A stretch of 64,000 nucleotides of DNA from the human T2T-CHM13v2.0 reference genome, Homo sapiens, in the NCBI RefSeq assembly GCF_009914755.1, contig NC_060933.1. One strand, written 5' to 3'. The position numbers and the translations under genes were made by a program. This document shows, piece after piece, positions 42,701-58,700 of the stretch (positions are counted from its first letter, which is position 1; each line of letters opens with the position of its first letter). The notes under the pieces were generated by a model. The model made no database searches. It saw nothing but the letters and a program-made list of their open reading frames with translations, and was not told the origin of the DNA.

Positions 42701-45479
42701 GCACTCGTGTTGATTCCATTCCATTCCTTTCCATTCCATTCCTTTCCACTCGTGTTGATTCCATTCCTTTCCATTCCATTCGGTTTGAAGGCATTCCATT
42801 CCATTCAATTCCATTCCATTCCATTCCATTCCATTCCATTCCATTCCATTCTATTCCATTCCATTGCAATCGAGTTGAATCCATTGCCTTTCATTCCATT
42901 CCATTCCATTCCATTCCGGAAGATTCCATTCCATTGCATTCCATTCCATTCCATTCCCCTGCACTCGCGTTGATTCCATTCCATTCCATTCCATTCCATT
43001 CCTTTCCGTTCCATTCCATTCCATTCCATTCCATTCCGTTCCATTCCATTCCATTCCATTCCATTCTATTCGGGTTAATTCCATTCCATTCCATTCCATT
43101 CCATTCTATTCCATTCCATTGCAATCGAGTTGAATCCATTGCATTTCATTCCATTCCATTCCATTCCATTCCATTCCGGAAGATTCCATTCCATTGCATT
43201 CCATTCCACTCCATTCCCCTGTACTCGTGTTGATTCCATTCCATTCCATTCCACTCCATTCGGTTCCGTTGCATTCCATTCTATTGCATTCCATCTATTC
43301 GGGTTAATTCCATTCCATTCTATTCCATTCCATTCCATTCCATTCCATTGCAATGGAGTTGATTCCATTCCATTCCATTCCATTCCATTCCGGATGATTC
43401 CATTGCATTGCATTCCATTCCATTCCATTCCCCTGCACTCGTGTTGATTCCATTCCATTCCATTCCATTCCATTCCGTTCCATTCCATTCCATTCCATTC
43501 TATTCCGGTTAATTCCATTCCATTCCATTCCATTCCATTCCATTCCATTCCATTGCAATCGAGTTGATTCCATTCCATTCCTTTCCATTCCATTCCATTG
43601 CCTTGCATTCCACTCGGGTTGATTCCATTCCCTTCTTTCCACTCCATTACATTCCCTTCCATGATTGATTCCATTCCATTGCATTCCATTGCAATCCATT
43701 CCAATCCATTCCATTCCATTCTATTCCACTCGAGTTGACTTTATTCCATTCCTTTCCATTCCATTCCATTCCTTTCCACTCGAGTTGATTCCATTCCATT
43801 CCAATCCATTGCATTCCATTCCATGCCATTCCACTCGGGTTGATTCCATTCCTTTGCATTCCATTCCATTCCATTCCATTCCATTCCATTCCATTCCATT
43901 CCATTCCATTCCGTTGCATTCCATTCCATTACATTCGCATTGATTCTATTCAACTCCCTTACTCTCCATTACATTACATTCCATTCGGGTTGTTCCATTC
44001 CATTCCATTCCATTCCACTCCATTCCATTGCAGTCGGATTGATTCCATTCCATTCCATTCCATTCCATTCCATTACATTCCGGATGATTCCATTCCATTG
44101 CATTCCGTTCCTTTACATTCCCCTGCACTCGCGTTGATTCCATTCCATTCCATTCAATTCCATTCCATTACACTTCGTTCCATTCCCTTCTATTCCGTAC
44201 CATTCCATTCCATTCCATACCATTCCATTCCATTCCATTCCATTCCATTCCATTCTGTTCCATTCCGTTCCATTCCATTCCATTCCATTCTATTCGGGTT
44301 AATTCCATTCCATTCCATTCCATTCCATTCCATTCTATTCCATTCCATTGCAATCCAGTTGAATCCATTGCATTTCATTCCATTCCATTCCATTCTATTC
44401 AATTCCATTCCGTTCCATTCCATTCCATTACATTCGGATTGATTCTATTCAACTCCCTTACTCTCCATTACATTCCATTCCATTCGGGTTGTTCCATTCC
44501 ATTCCATTCCATTCCACTCCATTCCATTGCACTCGGGTTTATTCCATTCCATTCCATTCCATTCCATTCCATTCCATTCCATTCCATTCCGTTCCGTTCC
44601 ATTCCATTCCATTCCATTCTATTCGGGTTAATTCCATTCCATTCCATTCCATTCCATTCCAATCGAGTTGATTCCATTCCATTCCATTCCATTCCACTCC
44701 ATTCCAGTCCTTTCCATTCAATTCCACTCGGGTTGATTCCAATGTATTCCTTTCCATTCCATTCCATTCCATTGCAATCGAGTTGATTCCATTGCTTTCA
44801 ATTCCATTCCATTCCATTCCATTCCGGATGATTCCATTCCATTGCATTCCATTCCATTCCATTCCCCTGCACTCGGGTTGATTCCATTCCATTCCACTGC
44901 ATTCCGTTTCATTCCATTCCATTCCATTGTATTCGGGTTAATTCCATTCCATTCCATTCCATTCCATTCCATTCCATTACAATCGAGTTGATTCCATTCC
45001 ATTCCATTCCATTCCAGTCCTTTCCATTCCATTCCACTCGGTTTGATTCCATTCTATTAGTTTCCATTCCATTGCATTCCCTTCCATTCCACTCTGGTTG
45101 ATACCATTCCTTTCCATTCCACTCGAATACCTTCCCTCCTATTCCACTCGGAACGATTCCATTCCATTCCATTCCATTCCATTCCATTTCGTTCCATTCC
45201 ATTGTATTCCGTATCATTCCATTCCATTCCATTCCATTCCATTCCATTCCATTCCATTCCATTGTACTCGGGTTGATTCAATTCCATTGCATTCCATTCC
45301 ATTCCATTCCATTCCATTCCGTTGCATTCCATTCCATTACATTCGGATTGATTCTATTCAACTCCCTTACTCTCCATTACATTCCATTCCATTCGGGTTG
45401 TTCCATTCCATTCCATTCCATTCCACTTCATTCCATTGCACTCGGGTTGATTCCATTCCATTCCATTCCATTCCATTCC

Positions 45480-48450
45480 GTTCCGTTCCGTTCCGTTCCG
45501 TTCCATTCCATTCCATTCCATTCTATTCGGGTTAATTCCATTCCATTCCATTCCATTCCATTCTATTCCATTCCATTGCAATCGAGTTGAATCCATTGCA
45601 TTCCATTCCATTCCATTCCATTCCATTCCATTCCATTCCGGAAGATTCCATTCCACTGCATTCCATTCCATTCCAGTCCCCTGCACTCGCGTTTATTCCT
45701 TTCAATTCCATTCCATTCCATTCCATTCCATTCCATTCCATTCCGTTCCGTTCCATTGCATTCCATTCCATTCCATTCCATTCCATTGCATTCCGTTCCG
45801 TTCCGTTCCATTCCATTCCATTCCATTCTATTCGGGTTAATTCCATTCCATTCCATTCGATTGCAATCGAGTTGATTCCATTCCATTCCATTCCAATCCA
45901 TTCCATTCCATTCCATTCCTTTCCATTACATTACGGATGATTCCATTCCATTGCATTCCATTCCATTCCATTCCCCTGTACTCGGGTTGATTTCATTCCA
46001 TTCCATTCCATTCCATGCCATTCCACTCGTGTTGATTCCATTCTTTCCATTCCATCCAAGTTGAATCCATTCCATTGCATTCCATTCCATTCGATTCCAT
46101 TCGATTGCACTCTGGTTGATTACATTCCATTGCATTCCATTCCGTTCCGTTCCATTCCATTACATTCGGATTGATTCTATTCAATTCCCTTACACTCCAT
46201 TACATTCCATTCCATTCAGGTAGTTTCCATTCCATTCCATTCCATTCCTCTCCATTCCATTGCACTCGGGTTGATTCCATTCCATTCCATTCCATTCCAT
46301 TCCATTCCATTCCATTCCGAATGATTCCATTCCAATGAATTCCATTCCATTCCATTCCCCTGCACTTGGGTTGATTCCATTCCATTCCATTCCATTCCTT
46401 TCCGTTCCATTCCATTCCATTCAATTCCATTCCATTCTATTCGTGTTAATTCCATTCCATTCTATTCCATTCCATTCCATTGAAATCGAGTTGATTCCAT
46501 TCCATTCCATTCCATTCCATTCCATTCCGGATGATTCCATTCCATTGCATTCCATTCCATTCCATTCCCCTGCACTCGGATTGAATACATTCCATTCCAT
46601 TACATTACATTCCGTTCCACTCCATTCCATTCCATTCTATTCGGGTTAATTCCATTCCATTCCATTCCACTCCATTCCAGTCCTTTCCGTTCCATTCCAC
46701 TCGGGTTGATTCCATTCTATTACTTTCCATTCCATTCCATTCCATTGCAATCGAGTTGATTCCATTCGAGTTGAATCCATTCCATTCCATTCCATTCCAT
46801 TACATTGCACACGGGTTCATTCCATTCCATTTCATTCCATTCCATTCCATTTCATTCCATTCCATTCTATTCCGTACCATTCCATTCCATCCCATTCCAT
46901 TCCATTCCATTCCATTCCATGCCATTACACTCGGGTTGATTCCATTCCTTTCCATTCCATTCTTGTTGAATCCATTCCATTCCATTCCATTCCATTCGAA
47001 TCCATTCCATTGCACTCGGGTTGATTCCATTCCATTCCATTCCATTCCATTTCATTCCATTACGTTCGGATTGATTCTATTCAATTCCTTCACACTCCAT
47101 TCCATTCCATTCCATTCGGGATGTTTCCATTCCATTCCATTCCATTCCACTCCATTCCATTGCATCGGGTTGATTGCATTCCATTCCATTCCATTCCATT
47201 CCGGATGATTCCACTCCATTGCATTCCATTCCATTCCATTCCCCTGCACTCCGGTTGATTACATTCCATTCCATTCCCTTCCATTCCTTTCCATTCCATT
47301 CCATTCCATTGCAATCGAGTTGATTCCATTCCATTCCATTCCATTCCATTCAATTCCATTCCATTCCGGATGATTCCATTCCATTGCATTCCATTCCATT
47401 CCATTCCCCTGCACTCGTGTTGATTACATTCCATTCCATTCCCTTCCATTCCATTCCATTCCGGATGATTCCATTCCATTGCATTCCGTTCCATTACATT
47501 CCCCTGCACTCGTGTTGATTCCATTCCATTCCATTACATTCGATTCGATTCCATTCCATTCCAATTCTTTCCATTCCATTCTATTCCGTACCATTCAATT
47601 CCATTCCATACAATTCCATTCCATTCCATTCCATTCCATTCCGTTCCGTTCCGTTCCGTTCCGTTCCATTGCATTCCATTCCATTCTATTCGGGTTAATT
47701 CCATTCCATTCCATTCCATTCCATTCTATTCCATTCCATTGCAATCGAGTTGAATCCATTGCATTCCATTCCATTCCATTCCATTCCATTCCATTCCGGA
47801 AGATTCCATTCTATTGCATTCCATTCCATTCCATTCCCCTGCACTCGCGTTTATTCCTTTCAATTCCATTCCTTTCCATTCCATTCCATTCCATTCCATT
47901 CCGTTCCGTTCCATTCCATTCCATTCCATTCCATTCCATTCCATTCCGTTCCGTTCCGTTCCGTTCCGTTCCATTCCATTCCATTCCATTCTATTTGGGT
48001 TAATTCCATTCCATTCCATTCGATTGCAATCGAGTTCATTCCATTCCATTCCATTCCATTCCATTCCATTCCATTCCATTCCATTCCTTTCCATTACATT
48101 ACGGATGATTCCATTCCATTGCATTCCATTCCATTCCATTCCCCTGTACTCGGGTTGATTTCATTCCATTCCATTCCATTCCATGCCATTCCAGTCGTGT
48201 TGATTCCATTCTTTCCATTCCATCCAAGTTGAATCCATTCCATTGCATTCCATTCCATTCGATTCCATTCGATTGCACTCGGGTTGATTACATTCCATTG
48301 CATTCCATTCCGTTCCGTTCCATTGCATTACATTCGGATTGATTCTATTCAATTCCCTTACACTCCATTACATTCCATTCCATTCGGGTAGTTTCCATTC
48401 CATTCCATTCCATTCCTCTCCATTCCATTGCACTCGGGTTGATTCCATTC
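45480..48450 (+). repeat. Direct duplication of ~0.8 kb, offset ~2165 (~45480-46290 vs ~47640-48450)
   Basis: ORF offsets 2163-2168 (45587/47750, 45926/48094, 45993/48161). Shared rare variants CATCCAAGTTG and CGCGTTTATTCCTTTCAA. Confidence 0.82.
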
Positions 48451-49799
48451 CATTCCATTCCATTCTATTCATTTCCATTCCATTCCATTCCATTGCAATC
48501 GAGTTGATTCCATTGTTTTGCATTCCATTCCATTCCATTCCATTCCAGATGATTCCATTCCATTGAATTCCATTCCATTCCATTCCCCTGCACTCGGGTT
48601 GATTCCATTCCATTCCACTCAATTCCATTCCATTCCATTCCATTCCATTGTATTCGGGTTAATTCCATTCCATTCCATTCCATTCCATTCCATTCCATTC
48701 CATTACAATCGAGTTGATTCCATTCCATTCCATTCCATTCCATTCCATTCCAGTCCTTTCCATTCCATTCCACTCGGGTTGATTCCATTCTATTAGTTTC
48801 CATTCCATTCCAATCCCTTCCATTCCACTCTGGTTGATTCCATTCCTTTCCATTCCACTCGAATACATTCCCTGCTATTCCACTCGGAACGATTCCATTC
48901 CATTCCATTCCATTCCATTCCATTCCATTCCATTCCATTCCGGTTGATTCCATTCCATTGCAATCCATTCCATTCCAATCCCCTGCACTCGCGTTGGTTC
49001 CATTCCATTCCATTCCATTCCATTCCATTCCGTTCCGTTCCATTCAATTCCATTCCATTCCGTTCCGTTCCGTTCCGTTCCATTCCATTCCATTCTATTC
49101 GGGTTAATTCCATTCCATTCCATTCGATTGCAATCGAGTTGATTCCATTCCATTCCATTCCATTCCATTCCATTCCATTCCATTCCATTCCATTCCATTA
49201 CGGATGATTCCATTCCATTGCATTACATTCCATTCCATTCCCCTGCACTCGGGTTGATTCCATTCCATTCCATTCCATTCGATTCGATTCCATTCCATTC
49301 CAATTCTTTCCATTCCATTCTATTCCGTACCATTCCATTCCATTCCATACAATTCCATTCCATTCCATTCCATTCCATTCCATTCCGTTCCGTTCCGTTC
49401 CGTTCCGTTCCATTCCATTCCATTCCATTCTATTCGGGTTAATTCTATTCCTTCCATTCCATTCCATTCCATTCTATTCCATTCCATTGCAATCGAGTTG
49501 AATCCATTGCATTCCATTCCATTCCATTCCATTCCATTCCGGAAGATTCCATTCCATTGCATTCCATTCCATTCCATTCCCCTGCACTCACGTTTATTCC
49601 TTTCAATTCCATTCCATTCCATTCCACTCCGTTCCGCTCCTTTCCATTCCCTTCCATTCCATTCCATACCGTTCCTTTCCGTTCCGTTCCATTCCATTCC
49701 ATTCCATTCTATTCGGGTTAATTCCATTCCATTCCATTCGATTGCAATCGAGTTGATTCCATTCCATTCCATTCCATTCCATTCCATTCCTTTCCATTC

Positions 49800-52700
49800 C
49801 ATTACGGATGATTCCATTCCATTGCATTCCATTCCATTCCATTCTCCTGCACTCGGGTTGATTCCATTCCATTTCATTCCATTACATTCCATTCCATTCC
49901 ATTCCATTCCATTCTATTCGGGTTAATTCCATTCCATTCCTTTAAAATTCCATTCCATTCCATTCCATTGCAATCGAGTTGATTACATTCCATTCCATTC
50001 CATTCCATTCCAATCGATTTGATTCCATTCCATTCCATTCCATTCCACTCCATTCCAGTCCTTTCCATTCCATTCCACTCGGGTTGATTCCATTCTATTC
50101 CTTTCCATTCCATTCCATTCCATTGCAATCGAGTTGATTCCTTTCGAGTTGAATCCATTCCATTCCATTCCATTCCATTACATTGCACCCGGGTTCATTC
50201 CATTCCATTCCATTCCATTCCATTCCATTCCATTCCATTCCATTCTATTCCGTACCATTCCATTCCATCCCATTCCATTCCATTCCATTCCATGCCATTA
50301 CACTCGGGTTGATTCCATTCCTTTCCATTCCATTCTTGTTGAATCGATTCCATTCCATTCCATTATATTCGAATCCATTCCATTCCATTCCATTCGAATC
50401 CATTCCATTGCACTCGGTTTGATTCCATTCCATTCCATTCCATTCCATTCCATTTCATTCCATTCCCTTCCATTTCATTCGGACTGATTCTATTCAATTC
50501 CCTTACACTCCATTACATTCCATTCCATTCGGGATGTTTCCATTCCATTCCATTCCTTTCCATTCCATTGCATCGGGATCATTCCATTCCATTCCAGTCC
50601 ATTCCATTCCATTCCGGATGATTCCATTCCATTGCATTAAATTCCATTCCATTCCCCTGCACTCGGGTTGATTACATTCCATTCCATTCCCTTCCATTCC
50701 TTTCCATTCCATTCCATTCCATTCTATTCGGGTTAATTCCATTCCATTCCACTCCATTCCATTCCATTCCATTCCATTCCATTCCATTCCATTCCATTGC
50801 AATCGAGTTGATTCCATTCCATTCCATTCCATTCCGTTCCGGATGATTCCATTCCATTGCATTCCATTCCATTCCATTCCCGTGCAGTCGGGTTGATTCC
50901 ATTCCATTCCATTCCATTCCACTCCATTCCGTTCCGTTCCATTCCATTCCATTCCATTCCATTCTATTCGGGTTAATTCCATTCCATTCCATTCCATTCC
51001 ATTCCATTCCATTCCATTCCATTCAAATTCCATTCCACTCCATTCCAATCGAGTTGATTACATTCCATTCCGTTCCATTCCATTCCACTCCATTCCAGTC
51101 TTTTCCATTCCATTCTACTCGGGTTGATTCCATTCCATTCATTTCCATTCCATTCCATTCCATTGCAATCGAGTTGATTCCATTGTTTTGCATTCCATTC
51201 CATTCCATTCCATTCCGGATGATTCCATTCCATTGCATTCCATTCCATTCCATTCCCCTGCACTCGGGTTGATTCCATTCCATTCCACTCCATTCCGTTC
51301 CATTCCATTCCATTCCATTGTATTCGGGTTAATTCCATTCCATTCCATTCCATTCCATTCCATTCCATTCCATTCCATTCCATTCCATTACAATCGAGTT
51401 GATTCCATTCCATTCCATTCCATACCATTCCATTCCATTCCATTCCATTCCATTCCATTCCGTTCCATTCCGTTCCATTCCATTCCATTCCATTCTATTC
51501 GGGTTAATTCCATTCCATTCCATTCCATTCCATTCCATTCTATTCGTGTTAATTCCATTCCATTCTATTCCATTCCATTCCATTGAAATCGAGTTGATTC
51601 CATTCCATTCCATTCCATTCCATTCCGGATGATTCCATTCCATTGCATTCCATTCCATTCCATTCCCCTGCACTCGGGTTGAATCCATTCCATTCCATTC
51701 CATGACATTCCGTTCCATTCCATTCCATTCCATTCTATTCGGGTTAATTCCATTCCATTCCATTCCACTCCATTCCAGTCCTTTGCATTCCATTCCACTC
51801 GGGTTGATTCCATTCTATTCCTTTCCATTCCATTCCATTCCATTGCAATCGATTTGATTCCTTTCGAGCTGAATCCATTCCATTCCATTCCATTCCATTC
51901 CATTACATTGCACACGTGTTCATTCCATTCCATTCCATTAAATTCCATTCCATTCCATTTCATTCCATTCCATTCTATTCCGTACCATTCCATTCCATCC
52001 CATTCCATTCCATTCCATTCCATTCCATGCCATTACACTCGGGTTGATTCCATTCCTTTCCATTCCATTCTTGTTGAATCCATTCCATTCCATTCCATTC
52101 CATTCGAATCCATTCCATTGCACTAGTGTTGATTCCATTCCATTCCATTCCATTCCATTCCATTCCATTCCATTCCATTCCATTCCGGATGATTGCATTC
52201 CATTGCATTCCATTCCATTCCATTCCCCTGCACTCGGGTTGATTCCATTCCATTTCATTCCATTACATTCCGTTCCATTCCATTCCATTCCATTCCATTC
52301 TATTCGGGTTAATTCCATTCCATTCCTTTAAACTTCCATTCCATTCCATTCCATTGCAATCCAGTTGATTCCATTCCATTCCATTCCATTCCACTCCATT
52401 CCATTCCAATCGATTTGATTCCATTCCATTCCATTCCATTCCACTCCATTCCAGTCCTTTCCATTCCATTCCACTCGGGTTGATTCCATTCTATTCCTTT
52501 CCATTCCATTCCATTCCATTGCAATCGAGTTGATTCCTTTCGAGTTGAATCCATTCCATTCCATTCCATTCCATTACATTCCACACGGGTTCATTCCATT
52601 CCATTCCATTCCATTCCATTCCATTGCACTCCATTCCATTTCATTCCATTCCATTCTATTCGGTACCATTCCATTCCATCCCATTCCATTCCATTCCATT

Positions 52701-55700
52701 CCATGCCATTACACTCTGTTGATTCCATTCCTTTCCATTCCATTCTTGTTGAATCCATTCCATTCCATTCCATTATATTCGAATCCATTCCATTCCATTC
52801 GAATCCATTCCATTGCACTCGGTTTGATTCCATTCCAATGCATTCCATTCCATTTCATTCCATTACCTTCCATTTCATTCGGACTGATTCTATTCAATTC
52901 CCTTACACTCCATTACATTCCATTCCATTCGGGATGTTTCCATTCCATTCCATTCCATTCCATTCCATTCCATTCCATTGCATCGGGTTCATTCCATTCC
53001 ATTCCATTCCATTCCATTCCATTCCATTCCGGATGATTCCATTCCATTGCATTCAATTCCATTCCATTCCCCTGCACTCGGGTTGATTACATTCCATTCC
53101 GTTCCCTTCCATTCCTTTCCATTCCATTCCACTCCATTGCAATCGAGTTGATTCCATTCCATTCCATTCCATTCCATTCCATTCCATTCCATTCCGGATG
53201 ATTGCATTCCATTGCATTCCATTCCATTCCATTCCCCTGCACTCGGGTTGATTCCATTCCATTTCATTCCATTACATTCCGTTCCATTCCATTCCATTCC
53301 ATTCTATTCGGGTTAATTCCATTCCATTCCTTTAAAATTCCATTCCATTCCATTCCATTGCAATCGAGTTGATTACATTCCATTCCATTCCATTCCATTC
53401 CAATCGATTTGATTCCATTCCATTCCATTCCATTCCACTCCATTCCAGTCCTTTCCATTCCATTCCACTCGGGTTGATTCCATTCTATTCCTTTCCATTC
53501 CATTCCATTCCATTGCAATCGAGTTGATTCCTTTCGAGTTGAATCCATTCCATTCCATTCCATTCCATTACATTGCACCCGGGTTCATTCCATTCCATTC
53601 CATTCCATTCCATTCCATTCCATTCCATTCCATCCTATTCCGTACCATTCCATTCCATCCCATTCCATTCCATTCCATTCCATGCCATTACACTCGGGTT
53701 GATTCCATTCCTTTCCATTCCATTCTTGTTGTATCGATTCCATTCCATTCCATTATATTCGAATCCATTCCATTCCATTGGAATCCATTCCATTGCACTC
53801 GGTTTGATTCCATTCCATTCCATTCCATTCCATTTCATTCCGTTCCCTTCCATTTCATTCGGACTGATTCTATTCAATTCCCTTACACTCCATTACATTC
53901 CATTCCATTCGGGATGTTTCCATTCCATTCCATTCTATTCCATTCCATTCCATTGCATCGGGATCATTCCATTCCATTCCATTCCATTCCATTCCATTCC
54001 ATTCCATTCCGGATGATTCCATTCCATTGCATTCAATTCCATTCCATTCCCCTGCACTCGGGTTGATTACATTCCATTCCATTCCCTTCCATTCCTTTCC
54101 ATTCCATTCCATTCCATTCTATTCGGGTTAATTCCATTCCATTTCACTCCATTCCATTCCATTCCATTCCATTCCATTCCATTCCATTGCAATCGAGTTG
54201 ATTCCATTCCATTCCATTCCATTCCGTTCCGGATGATTCCATTCCATTGCATTCCATTCCATTCCATTCCCGTGCAGTCGGGTTGATTCCATTCCATTCC
54301 ATTCCATTCCACTCCATTCCGTTCCGTTCCATTCCATTCCATTCCATTCCATTCTATTCGGGTTAATTCCATTCCATTCCATTCCATTCCATTCCATTCC
54401 ATTCAAATTCCATTCCACTCCATTCCAATCGAGTTGATTACATTCCATTCCGTTCCATTCCATTCCACTCCATTCCAGTCTTTTCCATTCCATTCTACTC
54501 GGGTTGATTCCATTCCATTCATTTCCATTCCATTCCATTCCATTGCAATCGAGTTGATTCCATTGTTTTGCATTCCATTCCATTCCATTCCATTCCAGAT
54601 GATTCCATTCCATTGCATTCCATTCCATTCCATTCCCCTGCACTCGGGTTGATTCCATTCCATTCCACTCCATTACGTTCCATTCCATTCCATTCCATTG
54701 TATTCGGGTTAATTCCATTCCATTCCATTCCATTCCATTCCATTCCATTCCATTCCATTACAATCGAGTTGATTCCATTCCATTCCATTCCATACCATTC
54801 CATTCCATTCCATTCCCTTCCATTCCATTCCGTTCCATTCCGTTCCATTCCATTCCATTCCATTCTATTCGGGTTAATTCCATTCCATTCCATTCCATTC
54901 CATTCTATTCGTGTTAATTCCATTCCATTCTATTCCATTCCATTCCATTGAAATCGAGTTGATTCCATTGCATTCCATTCCATTCCATTCCGGATGATTC
55001 CATTCCATTGCATTCCATTCCATTCCATTCCCCTGCACTCGGGTTGAATCCATTCCATTCCATTCCATTACATTCCGTTCCATTCCATTCCATTCCATTC
55101 TATTCGGGTTAATTCCATTCCATTCCATTCCACTCCATTCCAGTCCTTTGCATTCCATTCCACTCGGGTTGATTCCATTCTATTCCTTTCCATTCCATTC
55201 CATTCCATTGCAATCGAGTTGATTCCATTCGAGTTGAATCCATTCCATTCCATTCCATTCCATTCCATTACATTGCACACGGGTTCATTCCATTCCATTC
55301 CATTAAATTCCATTCCATTCCATTTCATTCCATTCCATTCTATTCCGTACCATTCCATTCCATCCCATTCCATTCCATTCCATTCCATTCCATGCCATTA
55401 CACTCGGGTTGATTCCATTCCTTTCCATTCCATTCTTGTTGAATCCATTCCATTCCATTCCATTCCATTCGAATCCATTCCATTGCACTAGTGTTGATTC
55501 CATTCCATTCCATTCCATTCCATTCCATTCCATTCCATTCCATTCCGGATGATTGCATGCCATTGCATTCCATTCCATTCCATTCCCCTGCACTCGGGTT
55601 GATTCCATTCCGTTTCATTCCATTACATTCCGTACCATTCCATTCCATTCCATTCCATTCTATTCGGGTTAATTCCATTCCATTCTATTAAACTTCCATT

Positions 55701-58700
55701 CCATTCCATTCCATTGCAATCCAGTTGATTCCATTCCATTCCATTCCATTCCACTCCATTCCATTCCAATCGATTTGATTCCATTCCATTCCATTCCATT
55801 CCACTCCATTCCAGTCGTTTCCATTCCATTCCACTCGGGTTGATTCCATTCTATTCCTTTCCATTCCATTCCATTCCATTGCAATCGAGTTGATTCCTTT
55901 CGAGTTGAATCCATTCCATTCCATTCCATTCCTTTACATTCCACACGGGTTCATTCCATTCCATTCCATTCCATTCCATTCCATTGCATTCCATTCCATT
56001 TCATTCCATTCCATTCTATTCCGTACCATTCCATTCCATCCCATTCCATTCCATTCCATTCCATGCCATTACACTCGGGTTGATTCCATTCCTTTCCATT
56101 CCATTCTTGTTGAATCCATTCCATTCCATTCCATTATATACGAATCCATTCCATTCCATTCGAATCCATTCCATTGCACTCGGTTTGATTCCATTCCAAT
56201 CCATTCCATTCCATTTCATTCCATTCCCTTCCATTTCATTCGGACTGATTCTATTCAATTCCCTTACACTCCATTACATTCCATTCCATTCGGGATGTTT
56301 CCATTCCATTCCATTCCATTCCATTCCATTCCATTCCATTGCATCGGGTTCATTCCATTCCATTCCATTCCATTCCATTCCATTCCATTCCATTCCATTC
56401 CATTCCGGATGATTCCATTCCATTGCATTCAATTCCATTCCATTCCCCTGCACTCGGGTTGATTACATTCCATTCCATTCCCTTCCATTCCTTTCCATTC
56501 CATTCCATTCCATTCTATTCGGGTTAATTCCATTCCATTCCACTCCATTCCATTCCATTCCATTCCATTGCATTCCATTCCATTCCATTCCATTGCAATC
56601 GACTTGATTCCATTCCATTGCATTCCATTCCGTTCCGGATGATTCCATTCCATTGCATTCCATTCCTTTCCATTCCCGTGCAGTCGGGTTGATTCCATTC
56701 CATTCCATTCCATTCCACTCCATTCCGTTCCGTTCCATTCCATTCCATTCCATTCCATTCTATTCGGTTTAATTCCATTCCATTCCATTCCATTCAAATT
56801 CCATTCCACTCCATTCCAATCGAGTTTATTCCATTCCATTCCATTCCATTCCATTCCACTCCATTCCAGTCCTTTCCATTCCATTCCACTCGGGTTGATT
56901 CCATTCTATTCATTTCCATTCCATTCCATTCCATTGCAATCGAGTTGATTCCATTGTTTTGCATTCCATTCCATTCCACTCCATTCCGGATGATTCCATT
57001 CCATTGCATTCCATTCCATTCCATTCCCCTGCACTCGGGTTGATTCCATTCCATTCCACTCCATTCCGTTCCATTCCATTCCATTGTATTCGGGTTAATT
57101 CCATTCCATTCCATTCCATTCCATTGCATTCCATTCCATTCCATTCCATTCCATTACAATCGAGTTGATTCCATTCCATTCCATTCCATACCATTCCATT
57201 CCATTCCATTCCATTCCATTCCATTCCGTTCCGTTCCATTCCGTTCCATTCCATTCCATTCCATTCTATTCGGGTTAATTCCATTCCATTCCATTCCATT
57301 CCATTCCATTCTATTCGTGTTAATTCCATTCCATTCTATTCCATTCCATTCCATTGAAATCGAGTTGATTCCATTCCATTCCATTCCATTCCATTCCGGA
57401 TGATTCCATTCCATTGCATTCCATTCCATTCCATTCCCCTGCACTCGGGTTGAATCCATTCCATTCCATTCCATTACATTCCGTTCCATTCCATTCCATT
57501 CCATTCTATTCGGGTTAATTCCATTCCATTCCATTCCACTCCATTCCAGTCGTTTGCATTCCATTCCACTCTGGTTGATTCCATTCTATTCCTTTCCATT
57601 CCATTCCATTCCATCGCAATCGAGTTGATTCCATTCGAGTTGAATCCATTCCATTCCATTCCATTACATTACATTGCACACGGGTTCAATCCATTCCATT
57701 CCATTAAATTCCATTCCATTCCATTTCATTCCATTCCATTCTATTCTATTCCGTACCATTCCATTCCATCCCATTCCATTCCATTCCATTCCATTCCATC
57801 CCATTCCATTCCATTCCATTCCATTCCATGCCATTACACTCGGGTTGATTCCATTCCTTTGCATTCCATTCTTGTTGAATCCATTCCATTCCATTCCATT
57901 CCATTCGAATCCATTCCATTGCACTCGGGTTGATTCCATTCCATTCCATTCCATTCCATTTCATTCCATTCCATTCCATTACATTCGGATTGATTGTATT
58001 CAATTCCCTTACACTCCATTACATTCCATTCCATTCGGGATGTTTCCATTCCATTCCATTCCATTCCATTCCACTCCATTCCATTGCATCGGGTTGATTG
58101 CATTCCATTCCATTCCATTCCATTCCGGATGATTCCATTCAATTGCATTCCATTCAATTCCATTCCCCTGCACTGGGGTTGATTACATTCCATTCCATTC
58201 CCTTCCATTCTTTTCCATTCCATTCCACTCCATTGAAATCGAGTTGATTCCATTCCATTCCATTCCATTCCATTCCATTCCATTCCATTCCATTCCATTC
58301 CGGATGATTGTATTCCATTGCATTCCATTCCATTCCATTCCCCTGCACTCGTATTGATTCCATTCCATTTCATTCCATTACATTCCGTTCCATTCCATTC
58401 CATTCCATTCTATTCAGGTTAATTCCATTCCATTCCATTCCATTCCATTCCATTCCAATCGAGTTGATTCCATTCCATTCCATTCCATTCCAATCGATTT
58501 GATTCCATTCCATTCCATTCCATTCCACTCCATTCCAGTCCTTTGCATTCCATTCCACTCGGGTTGATTCCATTCTATTCTTTTCCATTCCATTCCATTC
58601 CATTGCAATCGAGTTGATTCCTTTCGAGTTGAATCCATTCCATTCCATTCCATTCCATTACATTGCACACGGGTTCATTCCATTCCATTCCATTCCATTC

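Noticed and set aside
49800-56550. Assignment to DYZ1 or a named HSat3 subfamily or chromosome from the ~3.4-kb period
   Set aside because: Only about two copies, the length differs from the DYZ1 unit, and assignment needs a k-mer comparison I cannot run.
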